A stretch of 64,000 nt of DNA from Octopus sinensis (lineage: Eukaryota), in contig NC_043001.1 of the NCBI RefSeq assembly GCF_006345805.1, positions 89,404,001 through 89,468,000 on the forward strand. The letters are read 5' to 3'. Below, in pieces: positions 13,261-25,573 of the stretch. Each line of letters begins with the position of its first letter. The first letter of the stretch is position 1. The notes under the pieces were generated by a model. It was not told the DNA's origin, did not search any database, and worked only from the letters and a program-made list of their open reading frames with translations. Position numbers and translations under genes: made by a program.

Positions 13261-13992
13261 TGTCCCTCTCCACTGTATATATCTCATCGTCATTTAATGC
13301 CTGTTTTCCATGTTGGCACCAGCTAGACCATATATATCTATATATACGTAGAGACTATGAGCTTCTATCAGTTTCCACCTACTAAATCCACTCACACGGT
13401 TTTGGTCAGACTGGGGTTATTGTAGAAGATACTTGTCCAAGATACCACACAGTGGGACTGAACCCAAAAGCACATGGTTAAGGAAACAAACTTCTTAACC
13501 ACACAGCCATACCTCCACTTGCATTTATATTATATCTATATAGTTATATCTTCAATATAATTACACTTTTTAATATAACTTCTATATAGTCGCACATTTT
13601 ATATTATTTCTCTATAGTCACTGTTTCAGTATAGTTATATTTTCCATATTACTCATATATAACTACACCTATATTATTTCTGTATTGTAACATCTTCCAT
13701 ATTGCTTCTGTATAGTTACACCTATGATAATTGAACAAATGAGACTCTTCATAGTCTCATTTGCCTTATTACAAATAATCAAATCTCTGACATATTACAC
13801 CTTACCTTCTTTGAAAATGACTTGCTGGATAATGTGCATATAGATAAAGATAGGATGGTTGCACCTGTATTTTGTTTCGCCATAGATTTGCTTGATCAAG
13901 ACTGGCTTCAGGCTGAGTAGCAACAACAACAAGATGATAATAATAATGATAATAATAATAATAATAATAATAATAATAGTAATAATAATAAT

Positions 13993-14360
13993 GAGCGCTC
14001 AGAGAGCGCAAACCTCCACCAAGGCAACACCAGTGTCCTCTCAACGATTAGCCAGAGATGATTTTTAAAATGAGAATATCTGAAATAAACTTGACTGCTT
14101 TCACAAACGAGAATGCTAAAAATGAACCCAGCCACTCTCAAAAATTAAGTAAAAAACAGGAAAAGTCATCCAGAATCCTTGTCTGGTACTGGATCAATCC
14201 CAAAATCTAATCAATTCGTGCCAGTCACGAGGCCAAAGATCCATGAAAGTTTCAGCCCAATCCATCCAGTGGTTTTTGAGATATATTGTCCATGGACAAA
14301 CAAACAGCAGACAAACATGACTGAAAATGATATCTCTGCCTTCGCTAAGGCAGAGGTAAT
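13993..14360 (+). mobile_element. Helentron-associated (HINE/DINE-like) non-autonomous element
   Basis: 5' short palindrome GAGCGCTC and sub-terminal CCTCCACCAAGGC. Perfect 9-bp 3' hairpin CTCTGCCTT-cgct-AAGGCAGAG (14334-14355). Flanked by (AAT)n on both sides. Confidence 0.55.
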
Positions 14361-14367
14361 AATAATG

Positions 14368-14402
<35 letters not shown>

Positions 14403-14601
14403 CTTAGTTTAACCTTAGCTAGCAAAGCATGTCTCTTAGTGACTGACGATATGTGCATCTCTGATCACGAGCAGAAGTAGTGGGGGAGCATCATAGCCAG
14501 CTTTGGGGTCTGAACAATTCACCTCTAGAAATATGAATGTTCCGTTCATCATCCTTAAACAAACCTATAATAATGATAATTGTGTGTGTTTTCCATTTTA
14601 G

Positions 14602-14819
14602 ATCAACTTGAATTACACCGTATGGATTCTGGAGAATACAGGTACCCATTCACATATAATATTCCCCCATTGGTACCATCATCCTGTTCTGGTGATCGGG
14701 GTAAAGTAAAATACAAGTTGATTGCTGTTATACAACGTTTCTGGAAGTCCTTCATAGAAAAGGAAAAAGTTGTCAAGATTTTCAGACCTCTTGATCTGAA
14801 TGCTGAACCAGGTCCCTCA
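14602..14819 (+). CDS. ARRDC: Alpha-arrestin coding exon 3
   Basis: ttttag acceptor, DQLELHRMDSGEYRYPFTYNIPPLVPSSCSGDRGKVKYKLIAVIQRFWK... (G.Y.YPF...P..PSS..G..G.V.Y arrestin-N signature), gtaagt donor at 14820, phase 1-0. Confidence 0.95.
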
Positions 14820-14829
14820 GTAAGTACAC

Positions 14830-15125
14830 AGTACTATCACATCACCATTCAGTATCACTCTTATCATCATCATCACTATCACTACTGTCACCACTGTCGC
14901 CATCAAAATTGCTACCATCGAAACCATCACCCCACCCCCATCATCATCAACAGCGGTATAACCAACATCATTACAATCAACACCACTATCATCATCATTG
15001 TCACTACCAATCACCACCATTAAAACTACCCCCACCAACAGCAACACTACCAACATCACTACCATCACCACCACAATCCGCACCATAGCATCATCTTCAC
15101 CACCACCACTACCACTATTCTCACC
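14830..15125 (+). repeat. (ACC/ATC)n low-complexity tract directly after arrestin exon 3
   Basis: Degenerate CAT/CAC trinucleotide repeats that extend ORF 14580..15023 into the intron. Confidence 0.8.
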
Positions 15126-16028
15126 AATACAGCCATGATCCAATGAGGCGTGTCTGTATGGTTACTCAGTCTGCTAGAAAGTGCAGCTAAATCGCCATCA
15201 AATCACATCCTACTATCTGAAAAAGGAGATGGCACATTTGATATTGTAGTCCTAGATACATTATGCTTAAAGAAACGATGGGTTGATCATGGTTTGAATG
15301 CTTTTATTATTTTTTTCATATATTATATTGCAATTGCTTAACAATAGTGTTGTTGGTTAGATGTTTCTGGTGGGCCAATCTTTGGGTTACTACATTTGTG
15401 ACAGTGAAAGTGACAAGGGAGTGTCTGTAACTCAGTGCAGAACAAATATCACTAGGAAAAGCACTGTTTTTCTAAGTTTCCATGTTAATGTTTACATCCT
15501 TTGCTGACATACAGATGCACACCTGTATGTATGTGCATATACATGCTGGCATACATACACATACATGTGTCTGTGTATGTCTACATAATTGTTGCATACA
15601 TGTATGCATGTATGTATGTATGTATGTATGCATACATACATACATACATGCATATATATAATGGCAAAAGTCACTTACCCCAGGTGCTGTGCTCTGGGAT
15701 TGAACCTAGAAGCATATGTCCACTCTTTTGATAATAGATATTCTTAATGACATTTGACCTGAGCTAAACCACAATAACTTCCCATCACCAGTACTACCAT
15801 CACTTCCACAAAAGACCAGAATCAGTCCTTGTTGCAGATGTTGTAGATTAAATATGTTTATTCCTAGTCAACTTTTATCTTTCACTTGTTTCAATCATTA
15901 GACTGCAGCCATGCTGGAGAACTTCCTTGAAGAATAAATTAGTTTTTTGATACCCTGCATTAAATATGTTTGTCTCCTACTCAGTTGTTAGTTTCATTCA
16001 TGTCTGTCTATTCTCCATTATCTGACAG

Positions 16029-16211
16029 CTTGAAATTAAAGTCCAAGATATCATGGATGCCAGCTGCTGTTGTCTGTCTGATGGAAACATTTTTGCTAAG
16101 CTGTCTGTCAAGAAGAATCGCTTTGCCATTGGTGAAGTGATTGACTTTGATATTGAATTATTGAACCGGAGTAATCGTAATATCAGTTCAGGTACACTAC
16201 GTTTACAACAG
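16029..16211 (+). CDS. ARRDC: Alpha-arrestin coding exon 4 (start of arrestin-C domain, CCC motif)
   Basis: ctgacag acceptor, LEIKVQDIMDASCCCLSDGNIFAKLSVKKNRFAIGEVIDFDIELLNRSNRNISSGTLRLQQ, gtaaga donor at 16212. 183 nt, phase 0-0. Confidence 0.94.
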
Positions 16212-16481
16212 GTAAGATCATACATTTATCACTCTCCTTGTCTCTCTGTCTCTCTCTTTCTGTGTCCCCTTATCTTTCGCTTGTCATTTTTGGTTTTAAT
16301 AATTAATGGATGGAGGGCCCCAAAACGGCTTTGCTTTGGGTATCAGTCGTAAGTTTCACTGTTTTTGTTCTAAAAAATTTCAGTTTTCAACCTACCCACC
16401 CGAGACTGCCCCTAATTCTGTGATATAAACTTCCTGTTTTAAAGTGATCTAAATTAAAACCTTCCATCATCATCATCATCA

Positions 16482-16800
16482 TCATCATAATTCAGTGTCC
16501 ATTTTCCATGCTGGCATGGGTTAGATTGTTTAACTGGGACTAGTGAGCTGGTTTCTACAGCTGGATGCTCTTCTTAACACCAACCACTCCAAGCGTGTAA
16601 TGGGTATATTTTATGTGTCACTGGCACTGGCCACGACTACAGTTTCACTTGGTTTGACATTTCTTTTCGAGCACAGCAAATCACCAAAGGTCTCAATCAC
16701 TTGTCATCGCCTCCATGAGACTCAACAGTTGAAGATCATGCTCCATCACTTTATCCCATATTTTCCTAGGTCTACCTCTTCTGCAGGTTCTCTCCACAGC
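16482..16800 (-). mobile_element. 5'-truncated RTE copy (ORF end + 3' UTR + (TGA)n tail)
   Basis: (CAT)n tail at 16467-16487, CCATGCTGGCATGG hairpin, then the reverse complement of the ORF2 end (GRPRKTW.EVVK.DL). Confidence 0.7.
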
Positions 16801-18292
16801 TGTCTTCATTAAAATTCCACATTAATTTATGTTGGAACCACCAGCTTAATCCTTTTGTTACCATATTTTTATTGTAATAGACTTTGTTTTAATTAATTTT
16901 GAAAATAACAAAGAATTTAGTAACTTAACCTTATCATTATCAAGCTGGTGTTTGTAACATAAATTAACATTGAAATTTGGAAGGAAGGTTTTAACTCAGT
17001 TCACTTTAAATTGTATGATAAAACCAGGAAATTTGTATGATAAAACCAGGAGCAGTATCAAGCAGTTTGGTAGCAAAAAGGTTTAATAATGTCAAAGTTA
17101 TTTTAGTAGAGTTTTCATTATTTGAAAATTGAATAGCAACAAAGGCAGTATATGTCAACAGAAATATGGTAACAAAAGGATTAAAGTTGTTTTTGCCCTG
17201 TCACCATTCACTTCTATATTAATACTGTACCACTCATATGGCAAATGAATTCCTTGTGTTCATTCAAGTCAAAGGTGGCTACACTTACTGCATACTTCAT
17301 GACTTAGGCCTTTTTTTTTTTTAACATTTAGCCAGCAATACTTGTTCATTTTGTTTAAGTACATTTTGTTAAGACTTCTGTCCAGCAGTCTGAAAGATAT
17401 TATTTTTCAGTATGTTTTGAAATGTCATTTGCACATACAACATCAAGTTAAATACCACATGTGAGTGAGATCATCATTTTCAAGCAGTTTAGCTGTCTTT
17501 TCTAGTTGGAGGTTTTCTCTGTTGTTTTCTTTTCCATTGAGGCAACAACACTACCACCACAGTCGCCCACTCACCCATCCATCTATATGGCCATGAATTG
17601 AAAAGTTCACGAGCATGTGACAAGTCAAAAAAACTGTTGTGCTCCAATGTCAGCATATATACAATGGGCTTCTTTCAGTTTCCGTCTACCAAATCCACTT
17701 ACAAGGCTTTGGTCGGCGCGAGGCTATAGTAGAAGACACTTCCCCAAGGTGCCATGCAGTGGGACTGAACCCGGAACCATCTGTTTGGTAAGCAAGCTAC
17801 TTACCACACAGCCACTCCTGCGCCTACATCTTTACATTCTGAGTTCAAATTCTGCTGAGGTTGGCTTTACCTTTCATTGTTTTAGGGTCAATAAAATAAA
17901 TACCAGCCAAGCACTGGGGTCGATGTAATAAACTTATCCCATCCCCTCAAATCGCTGGCCTTTTGCAAAAATTTGAAATCATCATCATCATTACTACTAT
18001 TAATTATTATTATGGCAGAGGTGAGCTGGCAGATTTGTTAGCACATCAGACGAAATATTTAGTAGCATTTCTTCTAGTTCACATTCTCAATTCAAATTCC
18101 ACCAAGTTTGACTTTGCTTTTCATCCTTTGAAGGCTTAATAAAATAAGCACCAGTTAAGCAATGGGGGGGAGGGGTTTCAATGTAATTGAGCAAACCCCT
18201 CCCCTAAAATTATTGGCCTTATATCAAAATTTGAAACAACTTTTATTAGATTTATCACCTTGTTTGTTTGTTTGTTTTTTTCCTTTATTCAG

Positions 18293-18508
18293 ATAGTAGT
18301 ATTTTCTGCTCGAAGAACTGATGGTGCAGATCCTGATTCATATGATTTTACCAAAGTGAAAAAAGAGAAGAATTATATTGACATACACAAGACAGGCAAG
18401 GTACGACCATATGAACAGTATAAAGCTACAGACAAAGTTCGAATCCCTCCAGTTGCTACATCTCATCTTGAGGGCTGTGAATTCATCAATGTCATCTACC
18501 GAGTTCAG
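18293..18508 (+). CDS. ARRDC: Alpha-arrestin coding exon 5
   Basis: ttattcag acceptor, IVVFSARR...KVRIPPVATSHLEGCEFINVIYRVQ (IPP...S.L..C..I.V.Y arrestin-C signature), gtaaca donor. 216 nt, phase 0-0. Confidence 0.94.
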
Positions 18509-18913
18509 GTAACATTTATTTGTTAAATAACTCTTTACTTAGCATCATTTATTTTATAATTGCTTGACAGTGACTCCCACTCTACCTTCGCTTTTCTGAT
18601 AGGTACATTACCTGATAGGCCTGACCACAGTGGCTCAGAAATTGTCTACTATTCTAGACTTGGATATAGTGGCTTATAGGTTACCTGCTAGATAATTTAG
18701 TGCTACTTGTTTGGTAGTTTAGTGATATTAGTTAGATAATTTAGAGTATTAATTATGTAATTAAGAGGTTGTCGATAGATAATTAAGATACCCCTTTAAG
18801 TAATCTCAAAGATACTTATTCACATTTGAATGGAGTTTAATAGTGGCAAACCAAAACATAATATCCATTTCTTTAAATTTGACAAACACGATAAGCAAAA
18901 ATAAATGTCTTTC

Positions 18914-19281
18914 GTGCCGGTGGCACATAAAAAACACCATTCGTGTGTGATCTTTACCTGCGTCGCCTTACTGGCACTTGTGCTGGTGGCACATGAAAAA
19001 ACATTCGAGCGAGGTCGTTGCCAGTGCTGCTGGACTGGCTCTTGTGCAGGTGGCACATAAAAAGCACCATTTGAGCGTGGCTGTTGCCAGTACCACCTGA
19101 CTGGCCCTCGTGCCAGTGGCATGTAAAAGCACCCACTATACTCTCGGAGTGGTTGGTGTTAGGAAAGTCATCCAGCTGTAGAAACTCTGCTAGATCAGAT
19201 TAGAGTCTGGTGCAGCCTTCTGGTTCACCAGACCTCAGTCAAATCGTCCAACCCATGCTAGCATGGAAAGCGGATGTTAAA
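18914..19281 (+). mobile_element. RTE 3'-UTR-only copy with four ~65-bp modules and (TGA)n tail
   Basis: GTGC(C/T/A)RGTGGCAY modules at 18914, 18980, 19044 and 19110, followed by the same terminal ~150 nt as the long RTE copies. Confidence 0.85.
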
Positions 19282-20460
19282 CGATGATGATGATGATGAT
19301 GAATCTAATATCTATTAACTTCTTAGTTAACTTCTTCATTAATTTCTTTGGTTTTCTAATTCTTTGAGGAGAATTACATCCCAAATCTTCATCGCAAGAG
19401 CTATCTATATCTCAAAATAGTAAAGAATTACAACAGTTGTTTGGGTTCTTTGCATTATAAGCAAATGGCTCTCTTCTGACTGTTCAATAATTAGTCATTA
19501 GTGATGCAATATTCTGACTATCTAAGGATGATATAATCCTTTAGCATTTAAACTGGCCATACCTGACCCAAATAGTCTACCAGTTGCATGTTCGAATTGG
19601 CCAGATGCAGCCTCTCTCACCTACCCAACAATGTTATTCTAGAAATAAACAATTGTATCAAAATTTTGAAGCTGTAAGATAATGCATGATTAATTCAAAA
19701 CAGTGTGAATAAATAAGCATTACATTTGACAGAATAATTTGAATGCAAAAAGGATAAAGTGTATCAATTCTGTCAAAATAATTGACTGGGTGGATGTAGG
19801 TGCTATTAATAATGATGTGTCTGTTATCATTAAAATAGAGGTTATTAATGAAATTATTGGTGTAACATTATCACAAGGTTCCTAGACCTGTGGCATTTTT
19901 CTCAAGGTCTGGAAAAACTTTTACCGTATGAAAACATCATAACATATACCATGAACACCATCTTCCACCACCATCTTTATGTGAAAAAACATCACAATGA
20001 CCACAACCAACAGTTGGAGAGTTGCTGCTGCTGCTAACCCAAATGCCAAGCAGTTTAAAATAAAATAATGAGATCACTGTAACTACACATTTCTTGGACT
20101 ACTTCCTACTGAAGATAGGTGTTTGTGCCCAAAATATAAAGGTCTTTTGTAAAACTTTCTGCATGGTTAGAAGCTTTTTTTTTATTTCTCTATGCTTGGA
20201 TTTTCTACTTCTGGACTACAATGCTTCAAGCAAACTGCAATGCTTCAAATGAACTACAATGCTTCAAATGAACTACAACACTCTTATTCTCTTACCATAT
20301 TGTCAAAAGAGCTTACACAGTTATAGAACTTGAGAAAAGTAAACATTTCTCAATTTTGTGACAGATGAAAGGTGCACTGTGTTTGACAATAAAAACTATA
20401 GAAAAATTTTATTATAGTGAAAAAATCCTTCACTAGCAAATCAAAATTTCTCTTCTTTTA

Positions 20461-22021
20461 TCTCTCTATATATAAAACTGAGAATGTGTGTCTGTCTGTC
20501 TGTCTGTGTGTTTCCCTAAAACTTGAGAACTACACAACCAATTTCATTCAAATTTTACACATGCCTTACTTAGGGTCCATGTAGTTTCATGGGCAAAAAA
20601 AATGTTGAACTTCTTACCTAGAGCGAGCCCATAGCAATATCATAACTTCTCCACTATTTCAGTATTACGTGTTAAAAGTGAAACAAAAATATTTCTCTAT
20701 TTTATGTCAGATGCTTTCACTTTAACAATAAAAATAATAATAACAATTGAATTATATGTAGTAAGTAATAATTAAAATCAAACTAAAGTATAATATTATC
20801 GTAACATAACAAAAGTAAAAATAGCAATTGGTATAAAATTGCATCAATGACTTGAACTTGAATCAGTGGTTTCACATGAATGGGAATAAATAAAAAATAA
20901 AATTTAAGTGCAGAAATGGAATAGTCCAGATGGAGGTGTGCACGGCTTTTACATTAAATTATTTGCTAATTAGCTAGCATTAAGTATCTATATGAAGTTT
21001 GGCTGTATGTAATGTCTGTTTTCTCGAAAGATGCTTCTACTGAGTACCACTGTTGGTTTATTTCTGATCCATAAAGGCCTATAGCTTCAACAGAGTACTG
21101 CTTTTTGGTTTACCGTAAGGTTTGTTGTTATTATTATTTCTGTTTAACTATTGTTATCACGTTTGTTGGTTTCTCGTAAGGGAAGCGTTGTTGTGTTGCA
21201 TTTGTTAAATAATTGTAAACCGTACCCCCCCCCCTTTGGTTATTGTTTAAAAATTGAATTGTGTCCCTGTTTGGGGAAATTGACAATATTTTCACCGTTT
21301 ACACGGAAGCATTTTTGTTAAAATGTCTTCGATAGAAGAAAGTCCAAAAATGAATTTCGCTGCAGCCGTCGGCGGGCGGCGACTCATTAAAATTAAAATG
21401 GAAGAAATACAAACCTATTTCGGATTGATCACCGACAAAGATGGTGAATCTAGGATAACACCACCAAACGAAATAAAAAATTAAATTAAAGAAAAGACTA
21501 TTGCCTATAAAGTATACAATGTAGAGAAAAAAAACGATTTGAACGCCTGGAGGAAAGCACCATTGAAAAGTGTCTTGGTGCAACTATGAAAGATATCAAG
21601 TATCTAACCAGAGGCGGTAAATTCGCCACAATAGAAGCAAGATTCGAGTCAACAGAGCATGCAAGGGAGTACTTGACTCGAACCTTGCAAAGTGGAAATA
21701 TTTTATTTTTACCTTTATATCTGGGACGTAGGATGTCCCGGATAAAAATTTTTAATGCCCCCCCCCCCTGAAGTAGAGGTAGGCTGGATTGTAGCCACAC
21801 TTCTATACAAGAGGGAGGACAAGATACAATTGATCGAAATTGCAAGAGACGGGCCTACAATTCCAGTCTGTTATATATTTTGAGTATTGTTATCACTAGC
21901 GATATCAAGATATAAATTTGTATTTTATGTGTAGATGTATATATATATAGATGTACATGTAATATGTAAACATATATATGCACTAGCACTATGACCCGGC
22001 AACGCCGGGTCATAATGCTAG
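20461..22021 (+). mobile_element. Non-autonomous Helitron carrying an internal LINE ORF1-like fragment
   Basis: Canonical ends A|TC (20460/20461) and CTAG|T (22021/22022), subterminal hairpin ...GACCCGGC-aac-GCCGGGTC..., and a (TGTC)n tract near the 5' end. Confidence 0.88.
21323..21860 (+). pseudogene. Disrupted N-terminal fragment of a LINE ORF1 (gag-like/RRM-type) protein inside the Helitron
   Basis: MSSIEESPKMNFAAAVGGRR... with a stop at 21482 and frameshifts in the A-run (~21530) and C-run (~21760). Continues KYLTRGGKFATIEARF...PLYLGRRMSRIKIFNAPP-EVEVGWIVATL. The FAAAV and RIKIFNxPP motifs resemble LINE ORF1 proteins (family knowledge, no search run). Confidence 0.55.
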
Positions 22022-23720
22022 TACTCTATAAACTAAAGACTTGGTTTGGAGAATCTTTCAACTCATCTCATTCTATTACTTCAACAATTATAAATGTAGA
22101 ATTATTGTAGTATATCCTGGTATAAGAAAATTTTTTTCATTTTTTAAAAGTATATAACTTACTGTATTCCATTGAAAATGTTCAGTGAGTTCGCACCAAT
22201 TGTAATGTAATAAAATGAAGCTGTTTCTATAAAAGCTATTATCCTTTTGAATGTTTGTAGAATTTAAGAGATGTCTTCCTCACTCTAATAATTTTAATCT
22301 ATTTTTATGTATTATGACTGGTGAATTTTCTCACCTTTCATTCACTCCCTCCCTGCTGAGATACAAGTATTCCCATTGTTAGAAAATGTCTAATTCAGCT
22401 CTTCTTTAGTTTTGGAATGGTGGGGACCCCTTAATGTCTGTTGAATTGAATCAGTTCCTAAATAGTTATGAGATTTCTGCAATTTATGTGATTCCATATA
22501 ATTCCTTATGAAATTTGCAGTATGAAAAGTATACTGTGATTGTTTGAAATTATATAGAGTTAGCTCTTATAAAAAAAAAGCATTAAACATTTCACAGTGA
22601 AAGACTGTGTTACTGCATTCTCTACATTTTATACAACTGTTGCTATGCACAGTTATCAATGAGACACTTCATGAAAAGCTCTTCTCATTTTCTAGATAAA
22701 CACTCCTCAATTAGCTTTCTGCATATGGTCCAGTTTATTTGTGGCATCATGTATGTTATTCAACATTTGAATTACTAGTGGAACCTGTTGAACTCCTAGA
22801 GGCTATTCCATATTATGCTCATGTCACATTCATAAATGATGAAGAAGATACAATTTCTATAAGAATTTTAGTTCCCTGTGGATATGACAGACATCAAACT
22901 ATTTTAGTTTCTCACAACACAAAGCCTATTCAAACCAAAGCAGTAAATAAGTCAGCTGTGGTTCAAAAAGATCATGAAATAGATAGAATTATTCCCCTAC
23001 CAGTACACCTGTGTCTACATCAAATGTCCTTAGTCCTGTTTTAAAGAATTCCAGGTATATATCATTTCACAGATCACCTGGTTGAGCATTTAAAGTTATA
23101 AATTCTGTTGTTAATAAATTGGGGTTATAATTTTTTTCATTGGTTGCAAAATATCACTTTTATAATCGATAACAATGTGTAGTTGAAAGTTTGAGTTGTT
23201 TGTTACTATAATTGTTTAGAATAAAAATAATGAAATAATATCCCTGTGTGTTTGATAAATGGCGCTAAAGAGTGTATAATGTGTGTTTTATTATACATAC
23301 ATATAGTCCAATCTATGCCTGCATGGAAAACAGATGTTAAATGATTAAATGATGATACATAAATAATAACTATTTATTAAATGGAGGAAACTGTTATGTT
23401 GAGAGCTGCTTATCTTTAAAAATAGTTATGCCTCTTGTATATACTTCTAATATTATGCTAGCAGATGGTCTCTTTCAACTTAGAGAATTATTTCTGGGAT
23501 TTTCTTTATCATAACAATTAGTGCCTCTAAATTATATAATAAGTAGTTTTAAATTATCTACTTTGTACCTAAATATTATCCAACTGCTTCAGTGTTATAT
23601 CTTTTACTTCTCATATAAAATTCTTTCTGTTTGTGACTCTATATTTACTTATATTAGTGAAAATTTATATTCCTTTAGATTAATAAAAACCCTTACATTC
23701 TTACATTGCTGAAAACTTCC

Positions 23721-23945
23721 GTGAGCTGGCAGAATCGTTAGCACGCCGGGCGAAATGCCTAGTGGTATTTCGTCTGCCATTACGTTCTGAGTTCAAATTC
23801 TGCCGAGGTCGACTTTGCCTTTCATCCTTTCGGGGTCGATTAAATAAGTACCAGTTACGTACTGGGGTCGATATAATCGACTTGATCCCCTTGTGTGTCC
23901 TTGTTTGTCCCCTCTATGTTTAGCCCCCTGTGGGCAATAAAGAAA
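23721..23945 (+). mobile_element. Young copy of SINE family B
   Basis: GTGAGCTGGCAGAATCGTTAGCACGCCGGGCGAAATG...GAGTTCAAATTCTGCCGAGGTCGACTTTGCC with CpGs intact. Related copies near 2160, 17830, 18020, 31200, 45315, 53575-54135, 56705 and 61600-61830 (-). Confidence 0.85.
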
Positions 23946-24704
23946 TATATATTAGCAAAACTTAATAATCCCTTACCCTTGTGGAATTCCCTCTTCCTTT
24001 ATATTAATTGAATTCCCTATTCCCTTTACAGGAAATGTCTTATACTTAATTGTTGTATTTGGATTGCAAGATTCTTGATGTGAACCTCTGTGTTGGAGCA
24101 GGTTTTGTTGTATCTTGGGAGGGTCATTATGCCAATAATAAACGCATATACTGGTTTTATTTTTCTTATATTAGTCAACTAGTTAATATTTCAGTTCTAT
24201 ATTTAAGCAATGAGGAATTATATACATTATTTACAATTGACGGATATTTGTCCTCATCTTGTTTGCTAATATTTAACCAATTAACTAATCAGTCTGCAAG
24301 ATTTGTTGAAGTCCTTTTGTCACCATTCATGACCTCATCAGTGACATAGTGAAATTTCTGCTCCATTATATTAATGAAACTTCTTACTCCCTTACATTAC
24401 TTAACCCTTTAACATTCACATTACTCTGTGAAATGTAATGCTTATTTATCCACATTGTTTTGAATTAATCGTGGATTATCTTGTAGCTTTGGGGTCTTGA
24501 TGATATGAATCTTTATTGTTACAATGACATTGTAGAGTAAGCCTGAGGGGCTGGGTCCAGCTGGTTTGAACATAATATTTGGGCTGGATATGGTCAGTTT
24601 AAATGCTGAAGGTTTAAACTCCCTACCTTTTAGCATTCATGAAAGTCTATATACCCTTGTATGTTAATCAAAATGTTTTATTATTTGTATCTTTTTTCTT
24701 GTAG

Positions 24705-24939
24705 TTTCTACCAGAACATGTAGGTTGTTGCTCGGAGCCTTTGGAACATGATGTTGTTATTGGAACAATACCTTACGCAGGTGTCTCTGTACCACAATCA
24801 GAAGTCAATGCTGCACATGATGCTTTACAAGATGCTGCAACAAATTTACCTCCACCACCATCTCAGTCAGTTGTCAGCATCCAACCTGGTCGTTTGCCTC
24901 CACCTCCACCAGGTTTCATTATAGATCTTCCCTCCGAGG
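24705..24939 (+). CDS. ARRDC: Alpha-arrestin coding exon 6 (end of arrestin-C, Pro-rich linker)
   Basis: cttgtag acceptor, FLPEHVGCCSEPLEHDVVIGTIPY...LPPPPPGFIIDLPSE (VIGTIP signature), gtaatg donor at 24940, phase 0-1. Confidence 0.92.
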
Positions 24940-25573
24940 GTAATGTGGCACTTGTTTATTCACTTTTGTCTGTTTGTAAATTCATTGTGGAATCTAAGAC
25001 TCTTATCTGTGATTAACATCATCATCATCTCTTAATATCTGTTTCCCATGCTGGTTCGGGTTGAACGGTTTGATAAGAACTAGGTTTTTACAGCTGGATG
25101 CCCTTCCTAACACCAACGACCTTACCAACTGTAAGCATTTTCATTGTGAGCTTTTCTTCCAACATCTCTACATCTTTCTTGTATCACTTCATTGTTGTGT
25201 GGTCAAAAAACCAGCTCTGATTGAACATCCTATAACACACATTTTCCCATATTTTCTGGCATACAACTTGACATTGTATATAGTGTAGATATGTAGTGTA
25301 AACATTCAAACATTATCACTATCATTCCAAATCATGTTGCATTTCACATGGAACTTTTGAGCCTCCAAAGTTGTCTTGGTGTATAAGTTGACCTGGTTTT
25401 TTTTACTGTAAATCTTGGCCTGAAAAATTTGACAGTAATCAGTCAGTCAAAAGACCAGGTGCAACACAAATCTGTTATTTCAATTATACCAATCTACCTG
25501 TATTAGCTCATGTTTCTCTCTTACTTGTTGCATCTTATTCTTCTCTCTGTTATTTTTAGCAAGCCCTGTGACT

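Noticed and set aside
14817-15143. Val/Met/Asp-rich ORF and the His-rich extension of ORF 14580..15023
   Set aside because: Low-complexity trinucleotide tract downstream of a consensus donor at 14820.
23721-23830. tRNA genes at SINE heads
   Set aside because: A/B-box-like motifs are present, but there is no complete cloverleaf or acceptor stem and the heads run into SINE bodies repeated across the window.
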